Source: a virus. From it: 64,000 nt of DNA. Both the position numbers and the translations under genes were made by a program. Location of the stretch: the IMG/VR virus record IMGVR_UViG_3300037149_000100; one strand, written 5' to 3'. Position 1 is the first letter of the stretch. Every line of letters begins with the position of its first letter. The notes below the pieces were generated by a model. That model saw nothing but the letters and a program-made list of their open reading frames with translations, made no database searches and was not told the DNA's origin. Positions 1 through 8,403 of this stretch are shown here, piece by piece.

Positions 1-507
1 ATTTACATGATGGGGGATGCGATTAAATATCTTCGAAAGATGTATCCGGAGCAGGAGACTGCCATGGGGCTCACAACCGAAGACCCAGACGCTCCGAGTA
101 TTCTCAATAAAATCCAGCATGGAGTAGTTGACCAGGAAGAGGAAGAACTCGTTCAGAATGTTGAAATGCGTAAACTCCGTCATGCCTTTGACGAATGGTG
201 TACGCGAAAGCTTCGTCCCGCCACGGCAAAACAAATAGTTCAGTTTTTTGACTTGATTATCATCTTTGATGGTGGCCAGGGAGAAATGCTGGATGAGTTT
301 GCCTCTCGTTCTGGGGTAAGTCGTGCGAGAGCCAATCAACTTCTTTACCACGAACTACCCCGATACCTACGTCAATTTTCTAGTTCTCCGGAAGGGAAAG
401 GTTTCAGTCTTGCCAAGCGTATCCGCACCAAGATTGAGAATGAAAGGCATGAAGCCGAACTACCTGCGAGAGAGCCAGAACCAGAGCTTGCCCAATCAAC
501 CCCTTAA
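1..507 (+). CDS. 5'-truncated protein with sigma-70 region-4-like HTH (sigma-like transcription factor)
   Basis: Frame is open from position 1; EFASRSGVSRARANQL resembles region 4.2 E-x-G-x2-(L)GVSRERVRQ. Confidence 0.45.
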   Translation: MYMMGDAIKYLRKMYPEQETAMGLTTEDPDAPSILNKIQHGVVDQEEEELVQNVEMRKLRHAFDEWCTRKLRPATAKQIVQFFDLIIIFDGGQGEMLDEFASRSGVSRARANQLLYHELPRYLRQFSSSPEGKGFSLAKRIRTKIENERHEAELPAREPEPELAQSTP

Positions 508-525
508 TCCTTTGGAGGAAACCTC

Positions 526-996
526 ATGCGTGAGAAAAGAGAACTAGAAACCCCAGTAGTGGCTGCCAAACAGCCTGTTAAGTTTGCCCGATTCAAACAG
601 ATTGCCAATGAAGATCCGGCAGCCCTGTCGGATGCGCTTTGCGAATTGTCAGAAGCATTTTCCAGTATGGCTGAGGCTTCGGAAGCATTGATTGAAAACC
701 TTGATCTGACCCCAGCACCGAAGGAAGCATCCATTCGTGAAAAGGTCGCGGCTCGTAAGAAGTTCGCCACCATGCTGAAGAAGCTGGCCAACGAAGCTCC
801 TGAAAAGGTCGAAGAGGCCCTGAATGAGATTTATAATGCCGTTGATGAGGTGGCCCTTGCGATTGAGAACCTTTCTAGCAATTTGGGCTTTACCCTGGGT
901 GAAGTTTCGGAAGAGCCGGTTGGAGATGAAGAAGTGGTGGAAGTTACCGAGGAAGTCCCAGAGGCTGAGCCCTCTGAGGAAGAATTCCCAGCCTAA
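526..996 (+). CDS. acidic helical protein, candidate head scaffold/internal protein
   Basis: GGAGG RBS; duplicated helical block, Glu-rich tail, K-x-A motifs (KFA, KVAA, KLA). Confidence 0.4.
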   Translation: MREKRELETPVVAAKQPVKFARFKQIANEDPAALSDALCELSEAFSSMAEASEALIENLDLTPAPKEASIREKVAARKKFATMLKKLANEAPEKVEEALNEIYNAVDEVALAIENLSSNLGFTLGEVSEEPVGDEEVVEVTEEVPEAEPSEEEFPA

Positions 997-1010
997 CTAG
1001 CTAAAAAGTG

Positions 1011-1057
1011 AAATTAGAATGCGTGTAGGTAAAAAATGCCTTCACGCATTTTAATTT
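1011..1057 (+). terminator. 21-bp imperfect inverted repeat (terminator or processing hairpin)
   Basis: aaattagaatgcgtgtaggta / tgccttcacgcattttaattt, one mismatch, A-rich loop. Confidence 0.6.
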
Positions 1058-1094
1058 TAGAGTATTATATGGTAAGGATACGTGGAGAGAGCAG

Positions 1095-1784
1095 TTGGCA
1101 CCGAAGAGAAAGTATGAAAAGCAACCCTACGAGGTCGGAGTTTACGGGATACTAAATACCATTACAAACAAGTGGTACATTGGGTCTTCTATTGAGTTGT
1201 CAAGGAGATTCGGGCATCACCTGAGAGAACTGAGGAATGGGAAGCACCATTCTCTTAAGCTTCAACGTTCATTTGACAAATATGGCGAAGGGGCGTTTCA
1301 GTTCAAGATACTCTTGGTATGTGAAGCCAAAGATGTGGAAATGTTCGAAAACAGAGCCATCATAGCTTATGATTCTTACAAGAATGGGTATAATGTGGCT
1401 GCGGAAGCTAAGGGTGGGTTTATGCGCGGAAGAAAATGGCCAGAGGCTACGAAAGCCGCAAGGGTTGTTAGCATGTGTGGGCGACCCATGTCAGATAGTA
1501 ATAAAGCAAGTCAATCCGTGAGAAAGCTGGCAGAGTGGGCAGATCCTGCTACACATGAGGCCAGATCAATTAGTATGCGAAAGCCCAAGAGTCCGGAGGG
1601 TCGTGAAGCCATAATTCAGGGTTTAAAGAAACGTTATGAGTCTCCGGAAGCTCACAAAGCAACAGCCGAGGCGACAAGAAAAACGTGGGCTGAAAGACGC
1701 GAAAAATACGGTTCAACTGGTAGAAAACCAAAAAATAAAAACAGTCTAACTACTTCTGAGGAGGTGACTTACGGCGGAAAATAG
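1095..1784 (+). CDS. free-standing GIY-YIG homing endonuclease with NUMOD3-like basic tail
   Basis: GVYGILNTITNKWYIGSS, R..H, E, GYN catalytic signature; basic repeats at C-terminus. Confidence 0.9.
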   Translation: MAPKRKYEKQPYEVGVYGILNTITNKWYIGSSIELSRRFGHHLRELRNGKHHSLKLQRSFDKYGEGAFQFKILLVCEAKDVEMFENRAIIAYDSYKNGYNVAAEAKGGFMRGRKWPEATKAARVVSMCGRPMSDSNKASQSVRKLAEWADPATHEARSISMRKPKSPEGREAIIQGLKKRYESPEAHKATAEATRKTWAERREKYGSTGRKPKNKNSLTTSEEVTYGGK

Positions 1785-1818
1785 TCCTTATTTCGAGTCA
1801 ATTGTAGCATCGAGAGCG

Positions 1819-2520
1819 ATGCTGTTAGACCCTGATGACTATCAAGGAGACCATACCTTGTCATTAGAAACTCAGGCAGATATGGTCTCCCAATCAACCA
1901 TATCCTACATCCAGGATAATTTTGGGAAGTTTATGGAGTATCTGAAGTTTCTCAGCTTTGAGGACCAAGAGCTACTCCTCTCCTATTATCTCCTGAGTAA
2001 AACTCAGTGGTCAATTGCCCGTCTGCATGGTTCAACTCAGACTATTTGCAGCTTCAAGCTGCGATTGGCTATGAAACGACTAGGCACTTATGTCCTCATG
2101 GGGATTCCTTCCAAGGAAAAGATCAATCAGACCTTAGCAACAATTGGGATGGTCGATTTTCATTCAGGAGACTCATCATCCCCCATCCCCTACTCAGATA
2201 TGATAGACCTTTATGCCAAGACTCGTTCATTCAAAACGGTGGCATTGGCTTATGGGGTGAAACGTCCAGATGTGCGGAGGGCGCTTTCATCACTCTCCAA
2301 AACATTACTAGCTACCAAGGAGTCCCCCACACTCGCATTAGGGGCCTATGTGTTTGGGCTGATAGATAAAGCGTCCGCACAGGGTCGGGGTCTGAGTCAA
2401 CGAGAACGTGCCAAAATATGCCCAATTTACCGTAGAGACCCAGACATGCTGGGGAAGTTCGAAATCAACGTAGCGGCCCCCGAGTTCGACCACTTCCTCC
2501 TGTCTCGTGCGAACAATTAA
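1819..2520 (+). CDS. sigma region-4-like tandem HTH protein
   Basis: LSFEDQELLLSYYLLSKTQWSIARLHGSTQTICSFKLRLAMKRL; second HTH SFKTVALAYGVKRPDVRRAL. Confidence 0.55.
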   Translation: MLLDPDDYQGDHTLSLETQADMVSQSTISYIQDNFGKFMEYLKFLSFEDQELLLSYYLLSKTQWSIARLHGSTQTICSFKLRLAMKRLGTYVLMGIPSKEKINQTLATIGMVDFHSGDSSSPIPYSDMIDLYAKTRSFKTVALAYGVKRPDVRRALSSLSKTLLATKESPTLALGAYVFGLIDKASAQGRGLSQRERAKICPIYRRDPDMLGKFEINVAAPEFDHFLLSRANN

Positions 2521-2574
2521 TGCCACGGCTAAAAAAGACTATCCATCTCATTAATGAAATGGAGTCGCACACCC

Positions 2575-2868
2575 ATGCAAGCGGATATTCACCAACAAGT
2601 TTACTATCTATCTGGCAAGACTCAAAAACTGGCGTCTTCGAAACAGGCGTCAGATAAGGGATTGAAGAAGGCTGCGTCGATGGGCCTTATTAGGGTTGCG
2701 GGGAACTTTTTTGAGTGCCCCAGCAGCAAGGATTTATGGAAAGTGGACGGGGATAAAGTGAAACGTGTTTCTTCAGTAGAAGTGGACTTCAACGAAAAAC
2801 TTTCCGCAGCCGATCCAGAATATCCCAATAGGTATCTGAAAGATATCCTGGCCCAACTCGACTTTTAA
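2575..2868 (+). CDS. hypothetical virion-associated protein
   Basis: GGAG RBS favours ATG 2575; KLAS/KQAS/KAAS motifs. Confidence 0.45.
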   Translation: MQADIHQQVYYLSGKTQKLASSKQASDKGLKKAASMGLIRVAGNFFECPSSKDLWKVDGDKVKRVSSVEVDFNEKLSAADPEYPNRYLKDILAQLDF

Positions 2869-2882
2869 AAAGGTAGACCCTA

Positions 2883-4262
2883 ATGGACGACAACAAGCAA
2901 TTCTCACTTATCGATTCTTTTCTTCAGGATCTTACCCCTGATTATGGAAATATCGGCCTGAAAAAGCCGCAGAAGATGGATGAGCAGTTCACCGATGCCT
3001 CTTCTCAGGTGGATAACGCCTTCCTCGATCAAATTGGCGGTCGCTCTGAGCACACTGTCGTTCCGAGTGGACGAACGGCTGCTGGTGGTCGTGAGACTAA
3101 ACCCATCAGGGATGCAACAACAGGTGACTCTGCTTTGGCTGATGCGTTTAGAACGCTTGAAGCCGTTGACCAGCATAACGAACTTGACGTAATTACTGAT
3201 GCAGAGATAGCAAATCGAGTCAATTATCTACTCAGTCTTGGGCATAGTCCCAGTCGTGTTGCCAGCTACGCCAAGAAATTGGCAGTTGAGGTGCAGCGTG
3301 ATGCGCTCAAAGTTCCAGCCGCTCAGTCCAATACGGATGAGACGGAAGCGATAGCCAAAACCATGGGCACCAATGCGGATTACTGGGAACCAAACAAGTT
3401 TGAGATGCTGGGCTCCGCCTACATCGAGCCTAATTTCTTCAGGAATAGCTGCAAAGCCTCCTTCGATAAAATCAAGAAAGAGGGACATCTTCATACCCTA
3501 TCAGTAAAAAAGATCGCCGCCTGCCCTGGATGCCAGTATAACAATTGTGGTAACTGTGGCCTTTACAGCCGTCCCATCGTCGCTTCGGCCAGTGAGTTGA
3601 AAACTGTTGTCAAAACAGCTTTAGACAAGAAAGGCATCAAAGTTACTTCCACGTTGAAGGCTGCGTTGGCCCAATTACGTAGTGGGGGTGAGAAGGAACC
3701 CCAGCAGCTTCCCTACAGCCGCAACACTGAAAAGTATGTGGTTAGGACGGCTGGAGACAAGCAAGCCACGGTCCATAAGGAAGCCAGTGTCGAAGAGATT
3801 GGCACTATGGTTGGCTCTGGCATCCCCCTCAAGGATGTGTACAAGACCGCCACTGCTCAGTATGGCAAGACTTCAGCGATGACTGCGATCAAGCGTTACA
3901 TTCTGGGTCTTAAACAGAGCGGGGCAAAAATCATTTTGGCTGCGATTGACTGCACTCTGCTGAAGAACAAGCTGGCAACTGGCAACGCCATTGTTGGGGA
4001 GAAAAAGTGTGCCTCATGCTCGTATCGTAACGGAATGCATTGCGGTTTGACGGGTGGGACGCTTCTTACTTTCCCTGGAATGGACCATGTGTCTTCCAAG
4101 CATATTGTTCATGCAGGCGTGAAAGACGGGCATGAAGTTCTATTCGAGTTTGACCTCCTGGATACCGGAGAGGACAGCCCCATCGAATACAAGGAAGTGC
4201 CCGAGCAGGCTGACACTGATGTGATACTGACCCGCTCGTCAGAGATTAACATCGAGGATTAA
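2883..4262 (+). CDS. protein with two C-x2-C-x6-C modules, candidate head protein
   Basis: CPGCQYNNCGNCGL and CASCSYRNGMHCGL; many [KR]-x-A motifs. Confidence 0.5.
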   Translation: MDDNKQFSLIDSFLQDLTPDYGNIGLKKPQKMDEQFTDASSQVDNAFLDQIGGRSEHTVVPSGRTAAGGRETKPIRDATTGDSALADAFRTLEAVDQHNELDVITDAEIANRVNYLLSLGHSPSRVASYAKKLAVEVQRDALKVPAAQSNTDETEAIAKTMGTNADYWEPNKFEMLGSAYIEPNFFRNSCKASFDKIKKEGHLHTLSVKKIAACPGCQYNNCGNCGLYSRPIVASASELKTVVKTALDKKGIKVTSTLKAALAQLRSGGEKEPQQLPYSRNTEKYVVRTAGDKQATVHKEASVEEIGTMVGSGIPLKDVYKTATAQYGKTSAMTAIKRYILGLKQSGAKIILAAIDCTLLKNKLATGNAIVGEKKCASCSYRNGMHCGLTGGTLLTFPGMDHVSSKHIVHAGVKDGHEVLFEFDLLDTGEDSPIEYKEVPEQADTDVILTRSSEINIED

Positions 4263-4763
4263 ATGGAAAAAGACGGAACGATCACTTTCACGGTTCAGAC
4301 CACTGGCTCAGCCTCTGATAGGGCTTTGGATGGAGAACTGTCAAAGCGTATGGTGGAAATCTTGGGCATGATCAACGATCCAAATAAGCCCGTGTCTGAA
4401 ATTAACCGGCTGATTGCTGGAGAGATTGCGGTGGTTTCGGGAGAGATGAGTATGCTCACCCAGGCCAACATGTACAAGCAGAAGCTGTATACTGAACAGA
4501 TCAGATCGCTGCGTGACCTATCCAAGACCCTGAGTGAGTCTGAACTCCTTTCTAAAAAGGATTTCTTGAACTTTGACGGCCCCAAGTTTCAGTTTGTGTT
4601 CCAGGAGCTTGCCGGTGCGGTTAGAAAGTCAGCCAAGGACTCTGGACTTGGCGAGGATCAAATTAATACTCTGCTTCGTAACTTCCGAGATACGGTAACT
4701 CAGATGGAGCCAGAGCTTCGCAAACAAACCGAAAAAATAGACTCCAGTTTTCTTCAGAGGTAA
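4263..4763 (+). CDS. helical hypothetical protein (terminase small subunit candidate)
   Basis: 166 aa, helical, in the head/packaging cluster; no diagnostic motif. Confidence 0.25.
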   Translation: MEKDGTITFTVQTTGSASDRALDGELSKRMVEILGMINDPNKPVSEINRLIAGEIAVVSGEMSMLTQANMYKQKLYTEQIRSLRDLSKTLSESELLSKKDFLNFDGPKFQFVFQELAGAVRKSAKDSGLGEDQINTLLRNFRDTVTQMEPELRKQTEKIDSSFLQR

Positions 4764-4765
4764 CA

Positions 4766-7700
4766 ATGGCACGAGTAGAAAAATCATTCACCACGTTAGG
4801 CTTGGAGGGCATCCTTCAGGGTGTTGTTGCTTGCCTTGTTGATGCCGAGAAGAAAGCTAAATCCTCTCGTGAAATCCAGTCTATTGATGTGAGTCGCCGT
4901 GGTCTCAGACAAGACCTTTATGTTGGTAAGCTGATGGTCATTCCAGCCTCCGTGATGGATGAGATGGATAAGATTCCCGACCCCCTGCTGAAGGGAGCGG
5001 TGATTAGCCTCTTTGATGGCGAGGACGCCTCTTATTTGGAAATGCACCGACTCAGCACTAGCGAGTTTGATAATTTGACTCCAAAGGACATTAGCGAGTA
5101 TAAGGATAAGGTGTTCAAGGACTCTGAGGGTAAGTTAGGTTGTATCGTCATCTTCCAGCCAGCCTGGGGCAATGCTCGTGACCTCCATGCTTTCCACTTC
5201 ACTACAGATGTCCCCAAACTGACCCTCCTGGTTCGTCACCTCGTGTTCTCAGCTTATTACAACCCCAGCCTTTCTGCTTTGTTTGACACCCTCTCTGAAG
5301 AAGCTATCAAGTTGGATGCGGTAAACATCACTCACGATCATATTGGACCCGCATATGAGTTCCAGTCCAAGGAGAATGTTTACCCACAGTTGGACAAGAT
5401 GGCTAAGATTGCATCTATCATGAAGATGAGTCCTGATGAGTTCACCACAGCCTATCTGGAAGCCGCCGTTTGGACCGGAACGGATGAAACGGGTGAGTCC
5501 CTGGATCGAGAAGGAAAATTCTCTATCGAGGACTTCTCTACTGAAGCCCTCCGAAAAGCCGAAGAAGATTGCACCGCTTTCATGGAAATGGCTGGCCCTG
5601 AATTGGACGCTCTGAGTTCCGATCAAGCTGGACACCTGTTCTGGTTGAACCGTAACGGTCACGGAACCGGATTCTGGGATGAGGATAAACTTTCTCCTGA
5701 AGCCCAGCAGTCTTTGGCCAAGCTAGCTCATTCATTCGGTGAGTGTGATATGTATGTCAGCGAGGACGGGGAATTGGAACTCTCTGGGGGTCAGATTCCC
5801 GCACCCACTCCCCAGCCTGGGAGTGGTCACATTCTTCCCAAGGAATCAAAGTGGATTCGTCTTAACGCCTCAGCCCTTCCTCTCATCCTCGCTGACAAAA
5901 TCACACCTGAAGAAACAAGTGTATTTGACGAACTGACCATACAGTTAAAAAAAAAGACCGCTAATCGCAAAATCGCTGAAGGGACAGATCCTTTTGACGG
6001 TTACTGCCCCATCTGTGGAAGTCCCGGATGCCAAGGTGAATGCTCTTCATCAACAGGCGGCAAAGAAAATTTTGAGGAGCGAACCGCCACTGGGGATGCC
6101 GGTTCGGTAAGGATCCCCACCTCCCCTAACACTGGAACCCGAGCCGAAGAAGACTTTGAACAACCAGGGTCCCAGCCGACTGAAGAGGAGCCGGTCCATT
6201 TTGGATCACTTCGAATGGCTGCTTTCTTAGAGAAAATAGCGAGTGGTGAAGTCCTCAATGGCTACACGCAGATGCGTGAGACTTTCAAGTCTGATTTTGC
6301 CTCTAAGGACGAAGCTACCAAGGAAACTGACCATGAGGGTACGATAGAGAAGCAGGCCGCTCTCCCCCCTCCCCCTCCAGCAATCATCGCTCCCGCACCC
6401 GCTCAGGCTGCTCCGGTAACGGGGATTGGGGCCAAGCCTCACTCAGCCGTTCTGAATGCCATTCAAAAAGCTCTCCAAGGAGCGGGGGTGGGTAAGGGCT
6501 CCTCTGAAGAATCCTCTCAGGCTACCGAACTTCTTCTAGCCAGAATGATGGCTAATAAGAGCATCACAAGTAACATCAAGAAGACCAACGAAGGGCAATT
6601 TTCCATCACTCTTACCCCTGAAGTGGTAAACCAACTCGTCAATGTTTATAAATTAACTCCTGGTCAGAACTCCACCGCTCAAAAAGATAAGCCAGAGTTA
6701 CAAACTGAAGTGAGTGATGTGACGATAGATAGCAGACCTCAGTGGTATAAGGACAAGATGAACGTCCAATCCGCCGATCAGGAGATTAGCTCCGCCGCCA
6801 ATCAACTTGTGGAGCAGCACCATGGTGAGTATCTCTCCAAAGAGAACCTCACACGCCTCCTCTCTCATATGACCAATAATGTCAAGGCAGTGTTTTCTTT
6901 TCTGACACAACAAGGGCTGCTCCAAGCATACGGTAAGGATAGCTTCAAAGTTATGACTCGAACCGAGCAGGAAGATAACTCGGATAGTGGGGTCTTCTGC
7001 CCCAACTGCGCTGGTCCTGGGGTTCCGATGGGGAATCTTGGTGGGCGTGAACATTTCCGTTGCCGGAACTGCGGGTCTGATTTTAGCCAAAAAATGGCTA
7101 GTGATACCAAAGTCGCCTCTACCCATAAGATGGCACTCACCTATATGCACCCTGGTGAGGCATTGGAACAATTCTATCCCGAGATTTTGAAAGATACCTC
7201 TGACTACCCAATTGGCTACCCGGAGCGTAACTCTACTCCCCCTCCCCTTCCTCTGGAGCTTCAAAACGAGCCTGGGGGTGAATCTCAAGTCACTGATAAA
7301 GACTACAGTGATGGTGGGATGAAGCACTCACTGGGAGAACCGGGGCTGGTTCCCTCGCAGGATAGCAATTCCGTTCCACTCAAGCCTAATGAGCGTTCAA
7401 TTCGTGGCCCCTTTTTCTCCGATCAGTTCTATCGGATTCACACCGACATTGAGCCAGCCTTGCTGACTATGAAGTCCTCCCTGGAGAACAAGACTGCTGC
7501 CTCACCTTCCAAAGCAGCCATCATTGCTGAGTTCCTCCGCAAGCTGTCGGGTGAGATTGCTTCTTCCTTGCTAGCCGCTTTCGTAGTGACTGACCGCCCC
7601 CTTTTCACCAACAGCCCCTCTTATTCGGTCATCAACCTTTCGAATGAGTCTACGATATGCCCTATGAACCCCCTGCTCACCAGTGGTGGGATGAGCCCAT

Positions 7701-7903
7701 ACGTGGCTCAGTTCAAATCTCTACTCTCCTCAATCAATAGCGGGGAGTTGACCGAAGCGATCAACAATGCTTGGGCTCAGGGTGGGGTGTGGCATGATGG
7801 TCCGGATGGCCGCTTCCTCTACGAAATTTTTGTTAGAATTGAAAAAGTTGATATCGAAACGCTGGATATCACGTATAAGTATATTACGGGTACCAAGGAG
7901 TAG
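4766..7903 (+). CDS. large multidomain (polyvalent-like) putative virion protein
   Basis: 1045 aa; discrete domains (GHLFWLNRNGHGTGFWD domain, two Zn ribbons) separated by low-complexity linkers carrying K-x-A clusters. Confidence 0.55.
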   Translation: MARVEKSFTTLGLEGILQGVVACLVDAEKKAKSSREIQSIDVSRRGLRQDLYVGKLMVIPASVMDEMDKIPDPLLKGAVISLFDGEDASYLEMHRLSTSEFDNLTPKDISEYKDKVFKDSEGKLGCIVIFQPAWGNARDLHAFHFTTDVPKLTLLVRHLVFSAYYNPSLSALFDTLSEEAIKLDAVNITHDHIGPAYEFQSKENVYPQLDKMAKIASIMKMSPDEFTTAYLEAAVWTGTDETGESLDREGKFSIEDFSTEALRKAEEDCTAFMEMAGPELDALSSDQAGHLFWLNRNGHGTGFWDEDKLSPEAQQSLAKLAHSFGECDMYVSEDGELELSGGQIPAPTPQPGSGHILPKESKWIRLNASALPLILADKITPEETSVFDELTIQLKKKTANRKIAEGTDPFDGYCPICGSPGCQGECSSSTGGKENFEERTATGDAGSVRIPTSPNTGTRAEEDFEQPGSQPTEEEPVHFGSLRMAAFLEKIASGEVLNGYTQMRETFKSDFASKDEATKETDHEGTIEKQAALPPPPPAIIAPAPAQAAPVTGIGAKPHSAVLNAIQKALQGAGVGKGSSEESSQATELLLARMMANKSITSNIKKTNEGQFSITLTPEVVNQLVNVYKLTPGQNSTAQKDKPELQTEVSDVTIDSRPQWYKDKMNVQSADQEISSAANQLVEQHHGEYLSKENLTRLLSHMTNNVKAVFSFLTQQGLLQAYGKDSFKVMTRTEQEDNSDSGVFCPNCAGPGVPMGNLGGREHFRCRNCGSDFSQKMASDTKVASTHKMALTYMHPGEALEQFYPEILKDTSDYPIGYPERNSTPPPLPLELQNEPGGESQVTDKDYSDGGMKHSLGEPGLVPSQDSNSVPLKPNERSIRGPFFSDQFYRIHTDIEPALLTMKSSLENKTAASPSKAAIIAEFLRKLSGEIASSLLAAFVVTDRPLFTNSPSYSVINLSNESTICPMNPLLTSGGMSPYVAQFKSLLSSINSGELTEAINNAWAQGGVWHDGPDGRFLYEIFVRIEKVDIETLDITYKYITGTKE

Positions 7904-7905
7904 GG

Positions 7906-8391
7906 ATGTCTGACACCAATATCGTCATCGCTCAGTTGAAGAATTTGATGAGTGAGGTTTTGGAGCTTCGTGACCAGAAACCCGAGGCCCAGACCAAAGC
8001 CCTCGAATTCCTTAAGAACGTAATCAACGCTCTTCATCTGGGACGCAAGACAGGGGCAAAGAGGGCCGCAGTCGGACCCACGCGCTTCGATACTCCCGCC
8101 ACCGAGTACTTGTTTGGTCTGAAGCCAGACCTCGAATCTGGAGAGCCTAATCATGGTAACGGATGGTGGGGGCTGTATCTTGGTATGCTCTCTGAGGGGA
8201 ACCAGGAAATGACATCACTTCCCCAGCCTGATATGAACTTGCTAAAACAGAATCATGGAGCCATCCTTCACGAATCTGCTGATGACGACTCTGACTCCGT
8301 TACGGGTCAGTTCTTTCCCCTTGAAGAAGACGCTGTGGACCAATGGGAAGAGTCTATCAGTGGCGATGAACCAGAACTTTCCAACATTTAA
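7906..8391 (+). CDS. hypothetical protein
   Basis: Coupled to upstream gene; acidic C-terminal domain. Confidence 0.6.
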   Translation: MSDTNIVIAQLKNLMSEVLELRDQKPEAQTKALEFLKNVINALHLGRKTGAKRAAVGPTRFDTPATEYLFGLKPDLESGEPNHGNGWWGLYLGMLSEGNQEMTSLPQPDMNLLKQNHGAILHESADDDSDSVTGQFFPLEEDAVDQWEESISGDEPELSNI

Positions 8392-8403
8392 TAGAGGTAG
8401 CAA

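Noticed and set aside
997-1818. Group I intron hosting the GIY-YIG gene
   Set aside because: Flanking genes are complete and the intergenic space is too short for intron core elements
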